NCBI GenBank assembly: GCA_037189525.1
Contig: JBBCJC010000001.1
Span: 384,001 to 448,000, forward strand
Length of the DNA: 64,000 nucleotides
Reading direction: 5' to 3'
From: Gemmatimonadales bacterium
GTDB lineage: Bacteria; Gemmatimonadota; Gemmatimonadetes; Gemmatimonadales; GWC2-71-9
Shown here piece after piece: positions 9,622 through 17,903 of the stretch. The notes under the pieces are model-generated. The model saw only the letters and a program-made list of their open reading frames with translations. It was not told where the DNA came from and did no database searches. Both the position numbers and the translations under genes were made by a program. How positions within the stretch are numbered: the first letter of the stretch is position 1; each line of letters opens with the position of its first letter.

Positions 9622-10979
9622 CTACCTGACCAGATGGAGCCGATCCTGCCGTTGGAGCACCCAGCTCGGCCGGCCATCTCGTCCTACGAAGAAATCTTCT
9701 TCCTGCGCAATGCGCACCTTCTGGCCACCCCATTCCGGTACCGGGGAGGTGACCTGCAGTTCGCTGGAGTACCACATCCCCGGAATAACCTTGTGATCTC
9801 CCCGACCCGGGACTCCCTCCTGATAATCCCACAACCCGATCAATGGCCCGGCCCCGTGCCCATGCATCCCGACCGGATGGCTGTACATCGTGCCGTCCAG
9901 CCCCTCGCGGGTCATGGTCGCGCGCACGGCGGCAAGGATCTCGTTGCCGCTCCGGCCCGGCCGGACCTCTTCGAACAAAATATCCTGCAGCCGGTTGGCG
10001 CGGGCGAGCGCGCGCGTAAGCCCTGCCGGCGCGGCGGTCTCTCCTTCACGCAGGACGTAGGCATTGTGCTGCGTATCGGTGTTGAGTCTGAGCGCGGTGA
10101 GTCCGACGTCGCACCAGATCAGGTCGCCCCGCTGGATCACCGGATCGCTGCCCAGCTCCTCGGCCGACACGCCGCGACGCTGCACGGCCACCGACGGCTG
10201 GAACCACGTACCGATGCCAAGATCCGCCACGCGCTGTCGCCACCACCAGACCAGATCGCTGGTCTTCGTGACTCCGGCGTTATGGTGCGAGACGAGAACA
10301 TCTCCTCGATCATGTCCCACACCAGCCGAGTGAGGTCGCGGAAAAACGCCTCTTCCTCCGGAAGCCGGGCCGCGATGAAGTCCACCGCCAACCCCTCGGC
10401 CGGCCGAAACCGGCTCGTCCACTGCGGACCGAGCGCCTCGGACATGCCCTCGAGCTCGCCGGCCGAGAGCCCGTCGGAAAAAGCAAACACCCGGGAGGTA
10501 TTGATCCCGATGACCTTCGGTTGCCGCGCTTCGATCACCTCTTTGAGTACCTGCCACTGCTGGTCGCCCCAAAGCTCGGCCTGGCGTCCGGCAACCCCCT
10601 CGGCGGCGCGGGTCGAGCGTACCGCCTCGTAGAGCCCGCCCTGGGAAGTTCCACCCAGCGCAATTCGCTCGACGCTCCGCTCCGGGCCGCGATCGAAGAA
10701 GACGTAGATCGTCCGCCGCCGCGCCGCGAACGTCGTGGGCGACACGAGCGAGGTGAAGACCGGGTCCTCGTTGTACTCCCGCATCGGGATGACCCACATG
10801 TCGATCCCATAGCTGCGCATCAGCGGCGGCAGTACCGCCTCGAGGCGTTTGGCCAGCCACGCCTGTTGCCGCTCGGCCTGTTCCCGCATGGTGCCGAAGG
10901 GCCGCTGCTGCGCCTCCGCAGCGCTCAGAGCTCCGAGCACCAAGACCAGCGTCAGGCTCCATGCGAATCGGCGCGCCAT
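9622..10979 (-). pseudogene. Secreted M24 (Xaa-Pro) peptidase with a single-base frameshift at about 10274
   Basis: N-terminal frame (MARRFAW...EMFSSRTITP) switches to the C-terminal frame (GVTKTSDLVWWW...CDVG...TDTQH...SHPVGMHGH...SSE...QEED). Confidence 0.8.
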
Positions 10980-12100
10980 CAGTGTCGCCCCATCAGGTCG
11001 AGGTAGGCGCGATCCCATGCCGCGGGCATGCTTTCCCGCGCGGAGTACGGGCCAGGCTGATAACGACGGGATTTGATGCCGATCAAACTTTCCTCCGTGA
11101 TGTGCCAGTCCTGCCGATTGGTGAGATCCCACATCGAAACCGCGTCCTCCGGATTGAAGCCGGCCGTATCGAAGGCATCCGGATGAAACAGCCATTCGCT
11201 TTCGACGATGGTCCGCTCCGCCGAGATCGGCCAGACCAGATAGTAGTTGACGTAATCGGGATGGATACTCAACATCAGATTGGGCATGATGGTGTAGTAG
11301 TATGCCCGCCGCTGATCGTCCGCCGGCAGATCGGCAATCAATCGCGCTGCGTAGCGACCCGAGGTCGTGACGCTCTCGAACTCGTCGACGATCTCCATGT
11401 ACCCGCCGAGATAAGGCCCCTCCACCAAATCATTGGCGCCACTCTGATACGGCAGGCGGCATGACAACTCCGGATGAATCATCGGGCAATGAAGACATTC
11501 GGAGAAGTTCTGATAGATCAGCTTCCAATTCGATCGGATATCGTAGCTGACCCGGTGTCCGACCCTGAGGCGATCGAGACCGAAGCGACTCAGCCGACCG
11601 ATCAGCGGCGCCGCCGCCAGCTCGAACGGCTCCGCTCGCGGATCGAGGTTGACGAAGAGAAACCCCTCCCACTCGGCGATCCGAGCCGCATGCAGGCCGT
11701 AGTCGGATTTGACGAAACCCTCGACATCCTGCATGTGGGGCGCACCGAGCAACCTGCCGTCGGTGCCGAAGGTCCAGGCGTGATACGGGCACTGGATCGA
11801 GCCGGAAAAGCGCCCGCTCTCCTGCTCACAGAGTCGGGTACCGCGGTGACGGCAGACATTGAAGAGCGCCCGCAACTCACCGCTCCGGTCTCGAACGATG
11901 ATCAGGGATTCGCCCGCGATGGTGCGCAGGAAGTAGTCGCCGGGCTGGGCCACCCGATCCGAGCGGCCGACGCAATGCCACTGGGTCAGCCCGATGCGTT
12001 CGGCTTCTTCGGCAAAGATCTCGGGCGACACATAATACGCCGCCGGCATCGTGAACGACCCTTGCCGGAAGGTGGTCGTCGTGCGGTGAAATGCGTCCAT
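10979..12100 (-). CDS. Rieske non-heme iron oxygenase alpha subunit (GbcA/choline monooxygenase-like)
   Basis: CRHRG...CPYHAW Rieske motif; NFSECLHCPMIH and QD iron ligands. Confidence 0.9.
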   Translation of the reverse strand: MDAFHRTTTTFRQGSFTMPAAYYVSPEIFAEEAERIGLTQWHCVGRSDRVAQPGDYFLRTIAGESLIIVRDRSGELRALFNVCRHRGTRLCEQESGRFSGSIQCPYHAWTFGTDGRLLGAPHMQDVEGFVKSDYGLHAARIAEWEGFLFVNLDPRAEPFELAAAPLIGRLSRFGLDRLRVGHRVSYDIRSNWKLIYQNFSECLHCPMIHPELSCRLPYQSGANDLVEGPYLGGYMEIVDEFESVTTSGRYAARLIADLPADDQRRAYYYTIMPNLMLSIHPDYVNYYLVWPISAERTIVESEWLFHPDAFDTAGFNPEDAVSMWDLTNRQDWHITEESLIGIKSRRYQPGPYSARESMPAAWDRAYLDLMGRH

Positions 12101-12149
12101 CCCTGCCCCGTTTCCGTCGGCAACCGGTCCGCTGCGACGCCGGCGCGCC

Positions 12150-13697
12150 TTATCTGCGCCCGCCGAGCACCGCTTGCGCTGCAAGCCAGGCGGAGGCGCC
12201 GACGATGCCTCCACCCGGATGGGTTCCCGAACCCGCGAGATAGAGACCGTTCACCGGCATGGCATACTGTGACCACCCCGGAATCGGCCGCATGAACAGG
12301 ATCTGGTCGAGCATCATCTCACCCTGGCTGACCGCGCCCTCCCGGAGCCCGAAGTCGCGCTCGATGTCGAGTGGCGTGAGCACCACCCGATCGCGCACCA
12401 ACTCGGTAAAACCGGGAATCCGATCGCCGACCACCTGCAGCGCGAGATTGCCGACGGTATCCCGCAACTGGTCCCAGTCGCCGTCCCGCAAATGATACGG
12501 CGTAAACTGGACATGCAGCACCGCCACGTGCTTGCCAGCGGGCGCAAACTCGGTATGGGCAATGGTGGGAAATCGCACTTCAACATACGGCGCGTCGGAT
12601 AGCCGCCCGTATTTGGTGGCATCATAGGCCCGCTCGAGGTACCGGATCGACGGAGCCAGGGCAATCCGCCCGTCGAAGCCGGCCGGCAGCGGCGGGAGTC
12701 CGTCGAGCGCGACCATCACTTTGCTGACCGCGCCGCGATAGCGGATGTTGCGCACCGCGTGGATCAGTGCCGGATCGAACCAGACCGGGTCGACGAGTTC
12801 GAGCAGAGAGCGATATGGATCCAAGGTCGACACGACCTCCTGACAGTCGATCTCCTCGCCCGACGCCAGGACGACGCTGCGCACCCGATAGTCGTCGACC
12901 GCGATCCGGGAAACCCGCGCATCCGTCCTGAGATCCACCCCGACGCGCCGGGCCTGATCGACCAGTGCCGTGACCAGCGCCGACGGATCGGTGCCGCCAC
13001 GAATCCGATAACCGCCCGGATCACTGCCCACCTGGCGATGCAGCAGGGAGAAGGTCGTCCCGCCCGAACACGGCCCCTGGCAGAGATCGGTCACGGCGTC
13101 GGCCGCCACGACCCCTTTGAGCAGGTCGGACTGGAACCACTCATCCAGCAACTCGGCCACCGCCATCGGCACCACACGCAACACCTCGACCATCTCCTCT
13201 CGGCCCAAACTACGCAGCTTGCGACCGAGTTTCAGGAGCCCTACCATCTCGTCCAACCGGTCCGCATCGACCCGGGGCGGCGCCGAGACATAGAGGGTCC
13301 GGAGAAAACCGGCCAGCCGGTGGAGTCGCGCGGCAAAACCGGGCCAGGCATCCGCATCGGCAGGACTATGGCGGCGGAGATTTTCGGCGGTGGCCTTCGC
13401 GTCGGCGTGGATCTCGAGCCATTCACCACCGTCGACCGGCGCGATGATCCGGGCAACCGGATCGCGAGCCTCCGGCAGCCCCAGACCGATGCCGCGGGCA
13501 ACCTCGGGAGGAAACCAGCCCGGGTCGCCGGCCATGGGGAGAGCGCGGTAGCCGGGCACAAACTCGATCGGACGCAGCACCCCGCCGAATCCCGGTCCCG
13601 CTTCGAGCAGGATGACCTTGGTACCGGCCCGGGCCAACGCAATGGCCGCCACCAACCCGCTGGTGCCGCCGCCGATGACGATGGTCGGGACGCTCAT
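12150..13697 (-). CDS. Phytoene dehydrogenase-like (PYROXD2-type) FAD oxidoreductase, subunit B
   Basis: IVIGGGTSGL Rossmann start; YLERAYD; GSGTHPGGGIVGASA. Confidence 0.88.
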   Translation of the reverse strand: MSVPTIVIGGGTSGLVAAIALARAGTKVILLEAGPGFGGVLRPIEFVPGYRALPMAGDPGWFPPEVARGIGLGLPEARDPVARIIAPVDGGEWLEIHADAKATAENLRRHSPADADAWPGFAARLHRLAGFLRTLYVSAPPRVDADRLDEMVGLLKLGRKLRSLGREEMVEVLRVVPMAVAELLDEWFQSDLLKGVVAADAVTDLCQGPCSGGTTFSLLHRQVGSDPGGYRIRGGTDPSALVTALVDQARRVGVDLRTDARVSRIAVDDYRVRSVVLASGEEIDCQEVVSTLDPYRSLLELVDPVWFDPALIHAVRNIRYRGAVSKVMVALDGLPPLPAGFDGRIALAPSIRYLERAYDATKYGRLSDAPYVEVRFPTIAHTEFAPAGKHVAVLHVQFTPYHLRDGDWDQLRDTVGNLALQVVGDRIPGFTELVRDRVVLTPLDIERDFGLREGAVSQGEMMLDQILFMRPIPGWSQYAMPVNGLYLAGSGTHPGGGIVGASAWLAAQAVLGGRR

Positions 13698-15265
13698 TGG
13701 TCCGCCAGAATCTTGAGCGCCGCCAGACGACCCGACGCGCCCATGATGCCGCCCCCGGGATGGGTGCCCGCGCCGCACTGGTAGTAGCCGCGAATCGGCG
13801 TCCGGTACTTGGCCCACGCCGCGGCCGGCCGCAGGAAGAACAACTGCTGCAAGGCAAGCTCTCCCGCAAAAATGTTCCCCTCCGACAGCCCGGTGATCCG
13901 CTCGATATCGACGGGTGTCAGGACCTGCCGGTGCAGGATGGCGCTCTTGAGGTTCGGGGCGTATCGGGTCAGCGTATCGACCACCGCATCGCCGAATGCC
14001 TCCCGCTTCGCATCCGTCCAGCCACCGTTCAGATGATACGGCGCGTACTGCACGAAGATGCTCATCACATGCTTACCCGGCGGCGCCATGCCCGGATCGA
14101 TCATCGAGGGAATCACGATGTCCATGTACGGACTGCGGGAGAACTCCCCGTACTTGGCGTCGTCGTAAGCCCGCTCGAGATAGTCGAGACTCGGGCTGAT
14201 GGAAAACGCCCCTCGATGCTGAGGACCGACGCCAGGCATGCAGGTAAAGTTCGGCAGCTCGGACAAGGCCAGATTCACCTTGCCGGACGAACCGCGAAAC
14301 TTGAAGCGTCGGACGGCGTCGACAAGGTCGGTAGGCAACGCGGCCGGATCGACCAGCTCGAGAAATGTTCGCCGCGGATCGAGTCCGCTCACCACCAGCG
14401 GCGCCTTGATCTCCTCCCCGCTGTCAAGCACCACGCCCACGGCCCGATCGCCCTGCGTCAGCACCTTGGCCACGGCCGCATTGGTCCGAATCGTCGCCCC
14501 GAACGACTCGGCCGCCCGCCCGATGGCATTGCTGATCGACCCGGTGCCACCCTTGGCAAAGCCCCAGGCCCGGAATGCGCCGTCGATCTCGCCCATGTAA
14601 TGATGCAGCAGCACGTAGGCCGACCCGGGAGAGCGGGGCCCCAGAAAGGTGCCGATGATCCCGCTGGCCGATTTGGTCGCCTTGAGCGGATCGAACTCGA
14701 ACCATTCGCCCAGATAGTCGGCGGAGCTCATGGTCATGAGTTTATACAAGGCGTGAAACCGCTCCGCACCGAGCGACCGCATGTGGGTCCCGAGCTTGAG
14801 CATGCCGCGCAGATCGCTGGGCGCGAGTGAGGTCGGATCGGGAGGGATCATGCCGAGGATCGGCCGAACCGCCATGGCCATATGATGCATCATCCGCCCG
14901 AACTCGATCGTCGCCTCCGCATCGAGCGGCGAGTGGCGGGCAATTTCCTGGCGCGTCTGGTCCGGGTCGGCCCACCCGGCGAGGTAGTCGCCGTTGTCGA
15001 GCGGCGTCACCGTGCTTTCGAGCGGAAGGATCTGGAGTCCGTGCCGCGGCAGATCCAGATCGCGGATGATCTCGGGACGCAGCAGGCTGACGACGTACGA
15101 AAAGACCGAGAAGGTGAAGCCCGGAAAGACTTCCTCGCTCACCGCCGCTCCGCCGATCAGGTGGCGACGCTCGAGCACCAGGACTCGCCGGCCGGCGCGG
15201 GCCAGGTACGCCGCGGTTACCAGGCCGTTGTGCCCGCCGCCGATGATGATGGCATCGTAGCTCAC
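13694..15265 (-). CDS. Phytoene dehydrogenase-like (PYROXD2-type) FAD oxidoreductase, subunit A
   Basis: YDAIIIGGGHNGLVTAAYLA; YVLLHHYMG; GAGTHPGGGIMGASG; GTG start overlaps the upstream stop. Confidence 0.92.
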   Translation of the reverse strand: MSYDAIIIGGGHNGLVTAAYLARAGRRVLVLERRHLIGGAAVSEEVFPGFTFSVFSYVVSLLRPEIIRDLDLPRHGLQILPLESTVTPLDNGDYLAGWADPDQTRQEIARHSPLDAEATIEFGRMMHHMAMAVRPILGMIPPDPTSLAPSDLRGMLKLGTHMRSLGAERFHALYKLMTMSSADYLGEWFEFDPLKATKSASGIIGTFLGPRSPGSAYVLLHHYMGEIDGAFRAWGFAKGGTGSISNAIGRAAESFGATIRTNAAVAKVLTQGDRAVGVVLDSGEEIKAPLVVSGLDPRRTFLELVDPAALPTDLVDAVRRFKFRGSSGKVNLALSELPNFTCMPGVGPQHRGAFSISPSLDYLERAYDDAKYGEFSRSPYMDIVIPSMIDPGMAPPGKHVMSIFVQYAPYHLNGGWTDAKREAFGDAVVDTLTRYAPNLKSAILHRQVLTPVDIERITGLSEGNIFAGELALQQLFFLRPAAAWAKYRTPIRGYYQCGAGTHPGGGIMGASGRLAALKILADQ

Positions 15266-16455
15266 GCGACCGCCTTCTTTCGGGGCGGATCGAAAAACGG
15301 CAGCGTACCGACCCGGGCATAGGCCCGGCGGCGGTGATGCTCGACCGTCATTTCCATTTCGACCCGAGTGCCTGGCGCGGCATGCGCAGCCTGCAGGTGC
15401 GCCAGAGCGAGATACTTCTTGAGCAACGGCGACCAGCACCCGCTCGATGCGTAGCCGATTTGCCGCCCGTCGCGATAGATGGGCACACTCGCGCGCCAGG
15501 CGACGGTGGGCAGCGCCGGCGGAAGGCCGACCGCGGCGTAGAGCGCCTCCAGCGACTCCCAGTCGATCTCGATTCCGACGAAACGCCAGGCCGCGCCGCG
15601 CGCCTGCTCGGCCGCCAGCGCGCGCCGGCCGTTGAACGGTCCCTTGTCGAAGCTGACGGTCCAGTCGAGCGACAACTCGTACGGCGTCGACTTCTGCGCA
15701 TCGATCAGCGCCCGTTCCGCCGAATGGTAGTCGACGTCGAGCATGACGAGCCCCGCTTCGATCCGGGCAATGTCGAGCGCCCAGATGCCCGCCGGGGTAA
15801 TCCCGAACGCAAACCCCTCGGCCATCAGCGCATCCCACACCGCGAGCGCCCCATTCGCGGGGACCCAGATTTCAAAGCCGAGATCGCCGGTGTACCCGGT
15901 GCGCGAAATGTCGACCGGGACACCCGCAATCCGGCGGGAGGTAACCCGGAAGTAGCGGAGATCGTCGATCGGGCGATCCGTCACCCGGTTCAAGATTTCT
16001 CGCGAGAGCGGACCCTGAAGCGCCAGCGCCCCGACCCGATCCGATACCTCCGAAATCTCCACCTCCATTCCGAAGGCGTTCCGGTGCAGCCAGCGGAGGT
16101 TGGGTTCGGCCGATGTGAGACGAAACAGCTGGTCGTCGAGCCGGCTCACCGTTCCGTCATCGACCACCTTGCCGTGGGCATCGCACCAGGTCGTATACAT
16201 CACCTGACCGACAGCCGACGAGGCCACTTTGCGCGTCACCATCCGGTCGAGCAAACGCCCGGCATCGGGTCCGCTGATCAGATATTTATGGAGAGGGGAG
16301 ACATCGAACAGGGCCGCGGCATTTCGGACGGCCGCGTATTCTCGATCGGGGACCAGCTCGTAGGCACTCGCCACGGCGTACCCCGCCCAGCGCCGCCATG
16401 CCTGCCCCAAAACGAGCGGAGCTGTCCGCTCGTGGAACGGAGTCGTCTTGAGCAT
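15262..16455 (-). CDS. Aminomethyltransferase (GcvT-family) folate-binding protein
   Basis: EYAAVRNAAALFDVS, DDGTV, SRTGYTGDLGFEIW, ARIEAG, PFFDP. Confidence 0.92.
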   Translation of the reverse strand: MLKTTPFHERTAPLVLGQAWRRWAGYAVASAYELVPDREYAAVRNAAALFDVSPLHKYLISGPDAGRLLDRMVTRKVASSAVGQVMYTTWCDAHGKVVDDGTVSRLDDQLFRLTSAEPNLRWLHRNAFGMEVEISEVSDRVGALALQGPLSREILNRVTDRPIDDLRYFRVTSRRIAGVPVDISRTGYTGDLGFEIWVPANGALAVWDALMAEGFAFGITPAGIWALDIARIEAGLVMLDVDYHSAERALIDAQKSTPYELSLDWTVSFDKGPFNGRRALAAEQARGAAWRFVGIEIDWESLEALYAAVGLPPALPTVAWRASVPIYRDGRQIGYASSGCWSPLLKKYLALAHLQAAHAAPGTRVEMEMTVEHHRRRAYARVGTLPFFDPPRKKAVA

Positions 16456-16602
16456 CGAATTCCCTGGCCGCGAGTAGTGCTGAGAATGATGGTCGTCGCA
16501 AGATACAGCCGGAGAGAATGCCCCGACAGACCGCGAAGCACCGGTTTTCTTCGGATTCTCTACGGTGGACATCCACCCCAAATTGGGGTAGATATTCCGG
16601 CT

Positions 16603-17142
16603 ATGTTGAAACGGCTCCCGCTCGCCGCATTGGCGCTCCTGCTGGCCTCGGCCTCCCCGGCCCACGCCCAGACAGCCAAGCCCTTTGCCGAGTTGAGCCG
16701 CACGCTGCTGGCCGGAAGAGACTCCCTCATCAAAGTCACCCGTAACCAGGTCGGCCTCCGGTACCGTCTCGGCGCCAAAGAGCCCGGCAAAGCCTTCGAC
16801 TGCAGCGCCCTGGTCCAGTGGGTCGCCGGCCTGTTCGGGCGAGACCTCCCGCGCACCGCGGCGCAACAGGCCAACATGGGGATCGCCATCCCGAAGGACA
16901 CCGCCCAGCTCCTGCCCGGCGACCTCCTCGTCTTTGGCAAGGGGCGCGGGATCGATCATATCGGGATCTATGTCGGCGACGGGGTGTACGTCCACGCCGC
17001 CAACCGCCGGAAGGGCGTGATCGAAACCGAGCTGGCCCGGACCAAGGACACCTACTGGAAAGGCGTTCGCCGGATCTTCATCGAAGCCGACAGCACGCTG
17101 TATTTCACCCCCAACATCGTGGCGACTCCCGCAGGCGACTGA
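16603..17142 (+). CDS. NlpC/P60 (C40) cell-wall peptidase
   Basis: Signal peptide; FDCSALV, PGDLLVF, HIGIYVG, HA catalytic motifs. Confidence 0.92.
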   Translation: MLKRLPLAALALLLASASPAHAQTAKPFAELSRTLLAGRDSLIKVTRNQVGLRYRLGAKEPGKAFDCSALVQWVAGLFGRDLPRTAAQQANMGIAIPKDTAQLLPGDLLVFGKGRGIDHIGIYVGDGVYVHAANRRKGVIETELARTKDTYWKGVRRIFIEADSTLYFTPNIVATPAGD

Positions 17143-17165
17143 CACCACGCATCACCCGTTCGGCC

Positions 17166-17834
17166 TCACCAGTACTGCCACTGCCCCGCCAGCACCACCC
17201 ATCCCGACAGACACGCATTGGTCACCGCGTGGCACCAGATCAGATCACCCAGACTCCGGGTCTTGATCATCCACCAGTTATAGATGATGCCCGCCGCGAT
17301 GCCAACATCCCAGAACGGGCCGTGCTCCATCCCGAACAGAATCACGGTCGCCGCGAATGAAAAGGTCGTAAACGCACCCAGCGGCCGACGCCGGAAGTCG
17401 TCCGAGGCGTCGATCCAGCGGGGCAGCCAGCCGCGCCAGAAGAGCTCTTCGACGATCGGCACGATCAGCGCGGCACGCAGGAACCGCAGCAGGATCACGA
17501 CCAGGTCGGTGCGTGCCTCGACGGCCATCGAACTCTCGACTCGGCCGGTCAGCGAATTCTGGAACAGCATGCTGTCCCGATACCCCGGCATCAGCTGATC
17601 GGGCAGGATCCACAGCACGAAGACGCCGATGCCGACGAGCAGCGTGGCTATCGGGCGCTCCATTCGGAAGCTGAGCACCGGACGGGCCACCAGCGCGATG
17701 ACCGCGAGCAGAACGGTGACCCGGACAATGGCCTCGACCCGCGGTGATACCGGCAGCGCCGGTCCCACGCCGAGCCACACCATGAACACCGCGAACGGAA
17801 GGATGTACCGCAGCGATGGATACCGTTCCAGCAT
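17166..17834 (-). CDS. CAAX prenyl protease-related (CPBP) membrane protein
   Basis: VEELFWRG, FGMEH, HAVTN motifs; multi-TM. Confidence 0.88.
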   Translation of the reverse strand: MLERYPSLRYILPFAVFMVWLGVGPALPVSPRVEAIVRVTVLLAVIALVARPVLSFRMERPIATLLVGIGVFVLWILPDQLMPGYRDSMLFQNSLTGRVESSMAVEARTDLVVILLRFLRAALIVPIVEELFWRGWLPRWIDASDDFRRRPLGAFTTFSFAATVILFGMEHGPFWDVGIAAGIIYNWWMIKTRSLGDLIWCHAVTNACLSGWVVLAGQWQYW

Positions 17835-17846
17835 ACGCGAGACCCC

Positions 17847-17890
17847 GAAAAAAGGTCGGCGAGGCGAACCGGAGCTCGCCCCGCCGACCG
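17847..17890 (-). terminator. Rho-independent terminator after the TonB receptor
   Basis: GGTCGGCG..GGCGA / TCGCC..CGCCGACC hairpin followed by a U-tract on the minus strand. Confidence 0.65.
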
Positions 17891-17903
17891 GAAGGCCAAC
17901 CAA

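Noticed and set aside
10265..10285. Programmed ribosomal frameshift in the M24 peptidase
   Set aside because: No slippery heptamer seen; a simple 1-bp deletion explains it
12150..15265. Carotenoid biosynthesis genes (crtI/crtO)
   Set aside because: No crtB/crtE/crtY nearby; the genes are coupled to GcvT-like and Rieske genes instead
15262..16455. Glycine cleavage T protein gcvT
   Set aside because: No gcvH/gcvP adjacent, and the sequence (GDLGFEIW, WAGY) and context indicate a paralogous family
17166..17834. Abortive-infection defence gene
   Set aside because: The CPBP 'Abi' label is historical; no defence context is present
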